From positions 12,772,001 to 12,836,000 of the forward strand of contig JBHGNT010000001.1 of NCBI GenBank assembly GCA_043228905.1: 64,000 nt of DNA. The letters run 5' to 3'. Both the position numbers and the translations under genes were made by a program. The notes under the pieces were generated by a model, which did no database searches, had not been told where the DNA came from, and saw only the letters and a list, made by a program, of their open reading frames with translations. Below, one piece after another: positions 49,217-61,009 of this stretch (the first letter of the stretch is position 1; each line of letters opens with the position of its first letter). The DNA comes from Azolla caroliniana (lineage: Eukaryota > Plantae > Polypodiophyta).

Positions 49217-51879
49217 ATGTTGGTTGTCACATTGGGTAACGCGGGACCAAAAGGGAAACACTTATCTCTAGAGCAGGTGAAGTCGAACTTATTGAATGAA
49301 GTTGTGAAAAGGACCAAGAGTCCAATACCGACCCGAAGGCCCTTGTCACGGAAAGTGACACGAATCGAGGAAGAGGCCAAAATCGAGGTCCCTAGAATCG
49401 AGATAAGTTGGGGACAAGGTCGAAGCCGAAGGGAAGGCCCACATGTTTCTATTGTGGGAAGCCGGGGCACTTCCAAAAGAACTGCCAACACTTTTGAAAG
49501 GAGAAAGGGGGAGTTGATGGTGTAGAGCCGAGGAAAATTCCGGACAGAAAGAACACCTTAGCCATCACCGCGAGTGAAGAGGAGTTGTTGTTCATTAGTG
49601 AACAAAATGAGGTCAATCTCGTCGGCGAAGAATCGACATGGGTGGTCGATTGGGGTGCATCAATTCACCTAACCCACGACCGAAAGTGCTTCTCATCATA
49701 CAACACCTAACACCACAGTCTTGTAAAAATGGGGAATGAAGGAGCATGCCGAATTGTCGGATTGGAGATGTGTGTCTGATAACATCGACCAGGTGCAGAC
49801 TAGTGTTGAGAGATGTTCGGCACGTTCCGAAAAAATGGACTTAACTTGATATCAGCCGGTCGGCTCGATGATGGTAGCGTATGTGACAAACCAGTCACCC
49901 TTAATACCCTTGGATAGTGATAATCCACAGAGGGTGTGGAGCGGCAAAGACGTCTTGTATTGACATGTAAGGGTGTTCGGTTGTCTTGCCTATGTGCATG
50001 TAGTTCAAGATCAAAGGGGAAATTTGGACCCAAAATATCAGCCATGTATATCTCTCGGCTACGATGATGATGAATTTGGATATTGGCTATGGAACTTAGC
50101 CAAGAAGAAGGTGATTAGGAGCCGAGACATTGTCTTCATGGAAGAGAAGATGATTGTCGATTGGGAGATTGAGAATAAGCCTCAAACTACCGAATTGAGC
50201 CGAGTCGATGCTCAACCGAATCAAGTAGAAGCCGATTCGATTGAAATTGAATACAAGTTAGTCAGCCAATTTAATACTCAGCAAAATCGAGAACACTGAA
50301 GAACAAGGGGAACCGACCGAACGAGGAGTCAAATTTGACTTAGCTGAAGAAGACAAAGAAGAATCGACCGTGCCGAATAGAGGCCGAAGATATACCCTAA
50401 GAGAATGAAGGCACTCCCCGAAGATTTGAAGAATGAAGGCCGCAAAGCTTTGAAGAAGCAAAGAGGGACACCCATAGCCAAATGTGGTTAAGTGTTATGC
50501 AAGAGGAGATGGATTCCTTGCATGAGAACCACATATATGAATTGACCGAGTTGCCGAAAGGTAAGAAGGCACTACATAATAATTGGGTATACAAGTTGAA
50601 ACCGGGATATGCGGAAATCCACCCACGTACAAAGCACAAATTGTCGTGAAAGGCTTTCAGCAAAAGAGTTAGGATTTCGGTCCCTCCGGATGGGATGATG
50701 AAGGCCCGGTGAGAACCTCTCACTGGATGAAGGGACATATATGTAAATATGTTCCAAAGAGCCCACTAGGGCTATATTTGTAAATAGCCCGAAAGTCATA
50801 TTAGTATAAAAATGACCTAGGTCAAACTCTTGGTTGTGTGGTTGTCATTATCATTGCATAGAGTTATTGTGTGTAACTATTGTACAGAGTGTAACAGAGA
50901 GAGAAAGAGAGAGAGTGATACAAAACGTGTCTCTATTGTAATTGCCATCAGCCAAAGATGGAGAGCACGAAGTCGTTGCCTCTGTGCTCCTCCTGTTGTA
51001 TTCCCCCTACATAGTGATAGTTGGAGCTAGTGGGCTCCCATGGTTTCTTTCCGTTTAGGGTTTTCCACGTAAACATCCTGTGTATTTTCTCTTACTTTAC
51101 TGTTTGTGTGTATACGTGCATTTCTTCCTATTCCCATCTTTTTAAGTGGTTGATCCTAAGACTCGGTTGTGGCCGAGCAATATTCCGCATATTCCTATCA
51201 GTTTGGTATCAGAGCGAGTTACACAGAAGATGGAATAATCGTTAGGAGGCATGTTCAAGCTCACCGGCTCCAACTACTCAGTGTGGAAGTCAAAGATGAG
51301 GGACATGCTCGTGGTTAAAGATCTTTGCTTGTCGGTTCAGTTTGGGGACAAGATACCGGATAAGATTGACGCCATAGTGTGGGAGGTGATGCACATGAAG
51401 ACAATGGTGTACATACGGTGTTTCATCGACATGAGCCTATACAACAACTTTAATGAGGAGAGCAAGGCTCATGAGCTCTGGGCGAAGATCGGTATTATGT
51501 TTCAGAACAAAAATGTTTTTTATCGGGTTTCGATATTCGGAAGCTAGTAAGACTCTGGTACCAAGATGGCATGAATGTCTTCAAGGGGCTGATTCACCAG
51601 GCAACATCGTTGGAAGTACCTCTCGCAGATGAGGTACTAGCACTGCTCCTGCTTGGTTTCCTCCTAGATAGCTGGGAGACGTTGATCGTCACTTTGGGCA
51701 ACGCCGGGCCGGAAGGAAAATAGTTATCCCTAGCAAGACTCAAGTCGAGCTTGTTCGATAAGGAGGCGTGTCGGAAAGACAAGGATGCGATCTCCGAATC
51801 CTAAGCATTCCTTACCGAATTGGAACGTGGAAGACAAAGGAATCGTAGTCCCCAGAACCGAGAAAAGTTGGGGACACAG

Positions 51880-54800
51880 TGTCGCGTTGTTACGCGCGTG
51901 CGTGGAGAAGGGCGGAACCACGGGGGTCTTGGACTAAGGAGAAGGGGAGAAGGAATAGGACTTCGGAATGGAGCTTAGCACAAGAAGAGAAAGAATGAAC
52001 AAGAGGAAGATGGAGGCCAAATGCTGAACAAGATATATTAGAACCGAAAAACGATTACAAAAATGGCGGCCGCGTAGGCCGCACCAAACGACTATGATAA
52101 ACCCGAAACCCTAATCCGACGAAGAAGAAAAGAAACCCTAACCCTAAAACGAAATGGTATACCTCACTCACACTCCAAAATAAGGCAACCCCCACAATGG
52201 TGCTCTTCCTCTCCTTTTATAGCACAAGGAGAGAAGACCGTTTACAAAAGGGTGCTACAAAATATCCCCTTTCAATCAATGGGGATATTTCCCTTGATTT
52301 TAGGGGAGGTGGGAAGGATGGGTCTTAACTCCCACCTCTACACGAACTACCACGTACCTATCTCTCTCTCTCACGTGGATGTGCGCGCAAAAGCACATCA
52401 CCTTTACACTTTACAAATCCTAAGGTGCATTTCTAGCACCATACTTATCACTATCGATAAATAGAAATACAACATGTTGATGTGCAACGTTGCACATCGC
52501 GGGTTTGCTTGCTTCGCTCGGTTTTCCGCCTATGGACGAAAATCTTCACGACATCCGCCCCCACCTAACCGCACATCCACCGGTATGTGCCAAAAGGGGA
52601 ACAAAACGCGAGATTTTCGGCCAAGGCGGCCAACCGAGCCCTTGACAACCTCGTGGGCTTGCCCGGCTTCGTCTTCCACTTCGAGCAAGTCCACCCCGTC
52701 CACACGAACCACCGTCGCCTTCCGGCCCACCATCTCCGCCGAATGGTCTCGAACCGTCGGCTCCATCCGATCCGCCACACTTGACGACGTTCGCCGAGTC
52801 GTTGCCTCCACCCGATCCGCCACGTCCACCGTGATTCCTCGAACCACCGTCTACATCCGGACCGCCGTTTCCGATGCCCGCGCTTGCCGCCGTCACCTCC
52901 CGTCGCGCTAAGCCTCATGCCGGCACTCAGGCCGGCCATTGGAGCCTCTAGGATTGGTGTGGGTAAGGACCCGGCACCGCCGCTTGTTGTCTCCGTAGCC
53001 GCTTTCGTTCGGACGTCGTTATTCGTGGCTCCCCCATCTCCGATTCCGCAAGCCTCTAGTATGCTTGCCACCACCTCTTCTTCGCCGTTCTCCGCGTCAT
53101 CTCGTTTGCCCGCCTCGCCGCCGCCACCGTCCGTCACTCCAGGCCTCTCGCCGGCTCTCGGGCCGACCGCCGAAGCCTCTAGGGCCGGTGTGTGGAAGGT
53201 CGCGGCACCACCGCTCGCCTCCTCTCCGCTCAATGTTTTGGGCCGCCGTGCCCCGAATCTTCCGCCCACTTTCGAAGTGGCGCTCTCCGCTTCGTAGTCA
53301 CCGGCCTCATCCTTGGGCGTCCATTCGCCGCAAGACGAGAGGGTTGCTCGCTCCGCACCCTCTCCCATGTCGTCGTCGTTTCGGTGGCCCGCCTTGCCGC
53401 CGCCGCCGCCCGTCGTTCTAGGTCTCGTGCCGGCACTCGGGCCGACCGCCGAAGCCTCTAGGGCCGGTGTGTGGAAGGTCGCAACACCATCGCTCGTTTC
53501 GTCTTCCTCCTCCATTTCGCAAGCCTCGAGTATGCTCGCGAAATCCTCGTAGAACGTTTCGGGCAACCGCGTCCCGAAACTTCCGCCCACTCTCGAAGTG
53601 GCGTCCATCGCTCCGTAGATATCGGCCTCGTCCATGGCCATTCCTTTCCCCCGAGATGAGACGGTCGCTTGCTCCGCACCTTCTCTCGTGTCGACGCCGT
53701 GGTCGCCCGCCTTGCCACCGCCACCGCCTTTCACCATAGGTCTTACGCGGGCACTCGGGCCGGCCGCCGTGATCTCTAGGAATGGCGCGTGTAAGGTCGC
53801 GGGACCACCGCTCGTCGATGTAATGTCCGTAGCCACCTCCGCTCGGACGTCGTTGTCCGCGGCTACCCCGCCTCCGTATATGCAAGCATCGGTTATGCTT
53901 GCCGCCGCCTCTTCCGCGGTCTCCTTACCGTTGTCTCGGTTGCCCGCCTTGCCGCCGCCACCGTTCTTTTCCCTCGGTCTCACGCGGGCGCTCGGGCCGG
54001 CCGCCGGGGTCTCTTGAACCGGTGCGTGGAAGGTTGCGGTACCGCCGTTTGTCTCCTCCGTACTCGATGATTCGGGCCACCATGTCCCGAATCCGCCATG
54101 TCCGCTCGAATCGGCGATCGCCGCCTCACCGTCCCCGACCTCGTCCTCGGTCGTTCTTTTCCCCCATGTCGAGGGGGCGGCTCGCTCCGCACCCTCTCCC
54201 GTGGTACCGATGTACCATTCTCTTTCGGCCTCCGCATAGGCCCCGTCCTCCATGTGTGAGGAAGCTCCTTCCTCCGCGTCCTCCAATCCGCTCGGGTCCG
54301 ACCCCGCAATAAGCCATTCTTCGGCTTCGATTTTCGCCATTACGAGCCCGCACGCCTCCCGTATTAGCGCTTGTAGGTCGAGCCCCTCCAAACCGGTTCG
54401 CGATGAGCTCTCGTCCGGCGGCATGGCGTAGTCGGTCGTCGCTCTCTCTTCTCCCCCGCTCGCGGGCCGTGTTGTGGCCGACCGCCTCGCCTCATGTTGC
54501 CGACACACCCATTCCACTTCGGGCCACTCCTCGGTGAGACCATGCGCCCCATAATCGTCTTGGAGCTCGAACATGATGTCCATCCTCTCCTCATGATGGA
54601 CCGTCTTCAAAAATAGGAGGACTTTGTCCGCCCCCACCGATCTTCGTTCCCACTCCGAGAGTTGAGAGAAACGACGCTCGAACTCTCGGAATGCCTCCAT
54701 TGCGCTCCAATGGCGCCTCGCCGACGCCACCCACCGATCGAACTCTCGCCTCGCCCTCTTCCGTCCGGCGTCCATCAAGATCTTTGTCATCATCTCCTCG

Positions 54801-55536
54801 AAGTCGAAGCCTTCTTCCATCTCTTTCTCCCTTGCCGCCCTTCACGTCGGGTTCACCAAAGATGTCGCGTTGTTACGCGCGTGCGTGGAGAAGGGCAGAA
54901 CCACGGGGGTCTTGGACTAAGGAGAAGGGGAGAAGGAATAGGACTTCGGAATGGACCTTAGCACAAGAAGAGAAAGAATGAACAAGAGGAAGATGGAGGC
55001 CAAATGCTGAACAAGATATATTAGAACCGAAAACCGATTACAAAAATGGCGGCCGCATAGGCCGCACCAAACGACTATGATAAACCCGAAACCCTAATCC
55101 GACGAAGAAGAAAAGAAACCCTAACCCTAAAATTAAATGGTATACCTCACTCACACTCCAAAATAAGGCAACCCCCACAATGGTGCTCTTCCTCTCCTTT
55201 TATAGCACAAGGAGAGAAGACCGTTTACAAAAGGGTGCTACAAAATATCCCCTTTCAATCAATGGGGATATTTCCCTTGATTTTAGGGGAGGTGGGAAGG
55301 ATGGGTCTTAACTCCCACCTCTACACGAACTACCACGTACCTATCTCTCTCTCTCACGTGGATGTGCGCGCAAAAGCACATCACCTTTACACTTTACAAA
55401 TCCTAAGGTGCATTTCTAGCACCATACTTATCACTATCGATAAATAGAAATACAACATGTTGATGTGCAACGTTGCACATCGCGGGTTTGCTTGCTTCGC
55501 TCGGTTTTCCGCCTATGGACGAAAATCTTCACGACA
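51880..55536 (-). mobile_element. Young non-autonomous Trp-primed LTR element C2
   Basis: 674-bp LTRs 51880-52553 and 54863-55536 (about 6 differences by eye), TSD ACAG/ACGG, PBS 54841-54858, PPT 52554-52565. Confidence 0.93.
52565..54820 (-). CDS. 751-aa ORF: Gag fragment fused to acidic/Gly-rich repeats
   Basis: N-terminus matches gag of B/D (FDRWV, FREFERRF, GADKVLLFLK, GLTEEW), followed by about 6 TFHTP..EA.AVGP..G.RP...GGGGGKAG repeats. Confidence 0.65.
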   Translation of the reverse strand: MEEGFDFEEMMTKILMDAGRKRARREFDRWVASARRHWSAMEAFREFERRFSQLSEWERRSVGADKVLLFLKTVHHEERMDIMFELQDDYGAHGLTEEWPEVEWVCRQHEARRSATTRPASGGEERATTDYAMPPDESSSRTGLEGLDLQALIREACGLVMAKIEAEEWLIAGSDPSGLEDAEEGASSHMEDGAYAEAEREWYIGTTGEGAERAAPSTWGKRTTEDEVGDGEAAIADSSGHGGFGTWWPESSSTEETNGGTATFHAPVQETPAAGPSARVRPREKNGGGGKAGNRDNGKETAEEAAASITDACIYGGGVAADNDVRAEVATDITSTSGGPATLHAPFLEITAAGPSARVRPMVKGGGGGKAGDHGVDTREGAEQATVSSRGKGMAMDEADIYGAMDATSRVGGSFGTRLPETFYEDFASILEACEMEEEDETSDGVATFHTPALEASAVGPSAGTRPRTTGGGGGKAGHRNDDDMGEGAERATLSSCGEWTPKDEAGDYEAESATSKVGGRFGARRPKTLSGEEASGGAATFHTPALEASAVGPRAGERPGVTDGGGGEAGKRDDAENGEEEVVASILEACGIGDGGATNNDVRTKAATETTSGGAGSLPTPILEAPMAGLSAGMRLSATGGDGGKRGHRKRRSGCRRWFEESRWTWRIGWRQRLGERRQVWRIGWSRRFETIRRRWWAGRRRWFVWTGWTCSKWKTKPGKPTRLSRARLAALAENLAFCSPFGTYRWMCG

Positions 55537-58500
55537 ACGGTCAAAGTCAAGGGGGAGGCCCACTTCCTTCTATTGCTGCAAGTCGGGGCACTTCTAGAAG
55601 AACTATCGGCATTTCTGGAAAGACAAGGAAACCGACAGTACCGATTCGAAGCGGTCACCGGACCGGAACGATAAAGAGCGGAGAGGACCGGACCGGAAGG
55701 GAACGACGGCAATCGCGGCAAGTGAAGAAGAGTTGATGCTCATCACCGAGGAGAGTGAGTTGAACCTTGCTGGTGACGAGACAACGTGGGTTGTCGATTC
55801 TAGAGCGTTGTTCCACCTTACCCCAGACCGGAAATGCTTCTCATCCTACACAGTCAATGAGCATGGTTGTGTCCGGATGGGGAATGAAGGGACATGCTGA
55901 ATTATCAGCATAGGAGATTTGTTGTTGACGACATCAACCAGATGCAAGTTGCTGCTGAAGGATGTCCGACACGTTCCGGAGGTTCAACTGAACCTAATAT
56001 CAGCCGGTCAGCTATACGATGAAGGCTACATGGGTAGCATCCAGAACGGAGTCATAAAGTTAAGCAAAGGGAGCCTAATAGTGGCTCGGGCCCGGAGTTG
56101 TGGCACAAGAGACTATGTCACATGAGCGAGAAGGGGATGAGGAGTCTTGCTGATGACAACCTCATTCCGGTGAAGGACGTGCATCTTGAGAGGTGCACCG
56201 ACTGCCTGGCCGGTAAGCAAAACCGGACCTCCTTCCAATCAAGGCCACCGACAAGACGTACGACACCACTGGAGCTGGTTCATACCAATGTGTGTCAAGT
56301 GGACATGAAGTCACATGCTGGATCGCAGTACTTTGTGTGACGTTCATAGATAACCACAACCGGAAGCTGTGGGCCACACCGTTGAAGATGAAGGATCAGG
56401 TGCTATCCGTCTTCAAGGAGCTCCACGCAAGAGTGGAAAGAGAAACCGGCCGGAAGCTAAAGGTAGTTTGAGCAGATTACGGAGGCAAATACTGGGGCTA
56501 GTTCGAGGAGTACTGGCGCTCAAAATGAATCTGGCTCAAATTTACCGTGCCGAAGACGCCGGAACTAAACGGGTTGGCCGAGAGGATGAACCAGACCATA
56601 ATGGAGAGGGTCCGAAGTATGTTGGCACATGCTAAGCTACCCAACACGTTTTGGGCTGAGGTGTTGTCAACAACGACGTATGTGATAAACAGATCACCCT
56701 CAGTGCCCTTGGATGGAGACACACCGCAGAGAGTGTGGACTTGTAAGGAAGTGTCTTACCGGCATCTGAAGGTGTTCGGGTGTCTCGCTTATGTGCATGT
56801 TGCAAAGGACCGGAGAGCAAAGTTGGATCCAAAGTCCCGGCCTTGCATATTCCTCGGATACGACGATGATGAGTTCGGCTACCAAGTGTGGGATCCGGTC
56901 GACAAGAAGGTTTTCCAGAGTCGAGATATTATCTTCATGGAGGACAAGACCCTTGCCGACTAGGAGTCGGAGAAGAAGATAATGAACTCTGAGTCAATAG
57001 GTAAGGATCAGTTCGATGAGATACAGACCTACCCGGCAAAGAGCTGTTTGACACTCGAAGAACCGGCCGATTACGGAGAGGACACCGAATAGACCAAAGA
57101 AGAAGAAGAAGCAAAAACCGGAACCGGCCAAGACCCCGAATCGGATTCGGATGAAGAACAAACAGAGGAGCCGATTGCTGAAAGCCAAGGACGCAGATAT
57201 CCTCTCAGAGAGAGAAGGCCCCCCTGGAGATTTCTGGATGTAGAGCGTGTGTTGCTAACCAATGAGGGGGAGCCAGAAAGCTTCGAAGAAGCAAAGGAAG
57301 ACACCCACAACCACAAGTGGTTGAGTGCCATGTAGGACGAGATGGATTCCCTGCATGAGAACCACACGTATGAACTGGTGGAGTTGCCGAAAGGAAAGCG
57401 GGCACTCCGGAATAAGTGGGTGTACAAGTTGAAACCGGGAGATGTCGGCAACCCCCCAAGGTACAAAGCCAGGATCGTGGTGAAGGGGTTCCAGCAGAAG
57501 AAGGGAGTGGACTTCGACGAGATATTTGCCCCGGTAGTAAAGATGACTTCCATCCGGACGGTGCTAAGCATAGCGGCAAGCATGGACCTTGAGGTAGAGC
57601 AGTTAGACGTGAAGACGGCGTTCCTCCATGACGACCTCAAAGAGGAGATCTACATGCAGCAACCGGAAGGATTTGTGAAGAAAGGGAAGGAGCACCTGGT
57701 TTGCCGGTTGAAGAAGAATCTCTACGGTTTGAAGCAGGCTCCCCGATAATGGTACCGGAAGTTCGACTCCTTCATGACCGATCAAGGGTACCACAAGACG
57801 TAGGCCGATCACTTCGTATTTGTGAAATGCAAAACCGGTCAGATCGACACTCTCGGCAAACTGCAGGTTATCCGGCAAGCAAAGCCCGAAGGCGAAGGTA
57901 GAGAAGGAGGATATGATGAGGATACCATATGCCTTTGTCGTCGGGAGCTTAATGTATGCAATGGTGTGTACCCGACCATGTCAGATGCGAAACCGGTCGG
58001 ATCGACACTTCCGGCAAACTGCAGGTTATCCGGTAAGCAAAGCCCGAAGACGAAAGCAAAGAAGGCGGATATGATGAAGGTTCCATATGCCTCTGCCGTC
58101 AGGAGCTTAATGTACGCAATGGTGTGTACTCGACCGGATATAGGATACGCAGTCGGAGTGGTGAGCCAATTTATGAGAAATCCCGGCAAGGAGTACTGGA
58201 ATGCGGTAAAATGGATACTCCTGTACTTGAAAGGCACCTGAAGTATGTGTCTCCGATTCGGCTCCAGTAAACCCCAACTTGACGGTTTCACCGATTCGGA
58301 TACCAGCCAGTCAACATCGGGATATGTTATGACATATGCAGGGGGAGCTGTTTCGTGGCAGTCGAGGCTGTAGAAAATAGTTGCGTTGTCAACCACGGAG
58401 GCGAAGTACATGGCAGTTGTGGAAGCCGGCAAGGAAATACTATGGATGAAGGACTTCATCGAAGAGCTGGGGATCTGGCAAGAGGAATATCGGCTCTATT

Positions 58501-59864
58501 GTGACAGTCAAATTGCCATCCACCTTGCGAAGAACGCAATGTATCATTCCAGGACGAAGCACATCCAGCGGAGGTACCATTGGATTCAGGAGCAAGTGGA
58601 AGATCGAGAGTTCGTGTTGACGAAGATCCACACGGAGGAGAATGGGTCAAATATGCTGACCAAGGTGCTGAGGCCCGACAAGCTGGACGCATGCCAGAAG
58701 CAAATTGGACTAACCAGACATGCCATGTCTGAGTGAAGGGGGAGTTTGTTAGGATTTCGGTCCCTCCAGATGGGATGATGCAGGCCTAGTGAGAACCTCT
58801 CACCGGATGAAGGGACATATATGTAAATATGTTCCAGAGAACCCACTGGGGCTATATTTGTAGATAGCCTGAAAGTCATATTAGTATAAATATGACCTAG
58901 GGCAAACTCTTGGTTGTGTGGTTGTCATTATCATTGCATAGAGTTATTGTGTGTAACTAATGTACAGAGCGTAACAGAGAGAGAGAGAGAGAGCGATACA
59001 AAGCATGTTCCTATTGTAACTGTCGTCATGCAAAGATTGAGAGCATGAGGTCATTGCCTCTGTGCTCCTCCTATTGTATTCCCCCTACATAGTGATAGTT
59101 GGAGCTAGTGGGCTCCCATGGTTTTTTCCCGTTTAGGGTTTTCCACATAAACATCCTATGTATTTTCTCTTGCTCTATTGTTTGCGTGTATACGTGCATT
59201 TCTTTCTATTCCCATCTTTTTCAGTGGTTGATTCTAAGACTCGGTTGTGGCCGAGCAATATTCTACATATTCCTGTCAAAAAGAAGGGTGTTGATTTCGA
59301 CGAAAAATTTGCCCCGATCGTAAAGATGATGTCAACCGGAACAATGATGAGCATAGCGGTCAGCATGGACCTCGAAGTCGAGTAGCTAGACGTCAAGATT
59401 GCCTTCTTTCATGGAGATTTGGAGGAAGAGATTTACTACACCAGCTGGAAGGATTCGAAGAAAAAGGTAAAGAAAACCTTGTATGCCGATTGAGAAAAAG
59501 CCTATATGGGTTGAAGCATGCACCTCGGCAATGGTACCGAAAGTTCGAATCTTTCATTGTGGATCACAGTTTCGCCAAGACACAAGCTGATCATTGTGTC
59601 TTTGTCAAGAAGTATGATGGAGGAGATTTTCTCATCCTGTTGTATGTTGATGACATGCTAATTGTTGAGAACAGGATCCGAGGAAAATCGAAAGCTTGAA
59701 GAAGGCCTTGAGTAGGTCATTCTCGATGAAGGATATGGGTCCGGCAAAAGAAATCCCAGGAATGCACAATGTTTGGGATCGAACAAAGAAATTGTTATGG
59801 CTGTCACAGGAGAAATACATGACAAAGGTGCTTCAGAGATTCAACATGGAAAGCATGAAACTGG

Positions 59865-60816
59865 TGTCACTTAATTACTTGTACGTGTAAGGAACGAAGG
59901 CGGGATCACAGGTGTCCTGGACCGAGGTGTGTGTGAAAGGGGGAATGGTGAAAGAAAGAGCACGGTTCGACAATGTTGGATGTCGGCAAGCAAAGAGCTC
60001 AACGGGCTCGGTCGAGATCGGATCGACGCAAGAGACAATTAGAAGACAAAGAAACCCTCAATTGATTAAGAATGGATTACAACCGGCTCGCCAGTAACCG
60101 AGCCACTACTTAGTCGACAACACACACACACACACACACCAAAGACGAGATACAACGTGGAGCCTTTGTCAGGAGCACCCGAGCTTCCCACACGAATAGA
60201 GGCATCTGGAAAAAGAACTCCCGCAAAGAAAACCAATACAGAATGAGCGCTCGGTCCCCAGTCCGACAGCACTCCGTTATCCCCTCAAACGTGATATAAT
60301 CTCAGCCTTCTCTTCCGACCTTTATAGGTTCCCGAGGGAGGAGCCATCACATCTTGTAATTACATCATCTTTATTCTCTGAAGCTTCGAACAGAGATTCG
60401 TTTCAATTTGTTAGTCTATTTAATGTGTCTACATCAAGTTTGTCCACATCATGCCGACCTATTCTTAGACAATGTACAAATAATTTACAACTGTGTGCAT
60501 CCATGTATGTTGTGGTTCATGTGCTCAGGTCATCGTTTCCGCTCGTATCCGGTTATCCTCATGCCATCCACCCCCACTAAACTGCACATCCACTGGTATG
60601 TGCCGAGAGGGAGAGAGAGATATCGAGGGAAACCAGCCTGTCCTCAACCTTCACTCTCCGATCCGTCGCGCTCCCCGTCCTCGTCCGTTCTGCCTAGGTC
60701 GTTTCCTAGGATCTAGCTCGTCCTCATGCCGTTTCTTGAATGCCTTGATCCGCTTTCCCACAACCGGTACTGTTATCCGCATTCCGTCGAGCTCCGCGAG
60801 ATGGTAGGTGGCGTTG
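59865..60816 (-). mobile_element. Old fragment J of the Trp-primed family: 3' LTR (59865-60566), PPT, integrase C-terminus
   Basis: Degenerate PPT CCACCCCCACTAAACTGCACATCC. The minus strand encodes YHLAELDG...KRIKAFKKRH, like the end of D. Confidence 0.78.
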
Positions 60817-60842
60817 CATTACTACCTCCCTCCAATTCTCTA

Positions 60843-60977
60843 TGTAAGTAACCTAAAGATTAGGCGATGCCTTAAGGTAAACCACATTCTAATTTCTAAG
60901 CATGATGTAAATAAATGGATCTGGTGGTGTAATGCAGCGGAAGATAATTGAGTGTGTGTGTGTGCGTATGCATGTAA

Positions 60978-61009
<32 letters not shown>

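Larger units (their letters stand above)
50667..59278 (+). mobile_element. Full-length decayed Tnt1-like Copia element I inserted in the RT of F
   Basis: LTRs 50667-51200 and 58747-59278, TSD AAAAG, PBS at 51204, PPT GAAGGGGGAG at ~58735-58744, fragmented gag-PR-IN-RT-RH. Confidence 0.92.
28333..59864 (+). mobile_element. Decayed Tnt1-like Copia element F hosting G, a solo LTR, I and J
   Basis: 5' LTR split into 28333-28457 and 47524-47956, PBS TGGTATCAGAGC at 47960, gag from 47973, integrase ~49900-50170, RT 50500-50666 resuming at 59279-59864. Confidence 0.82.
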
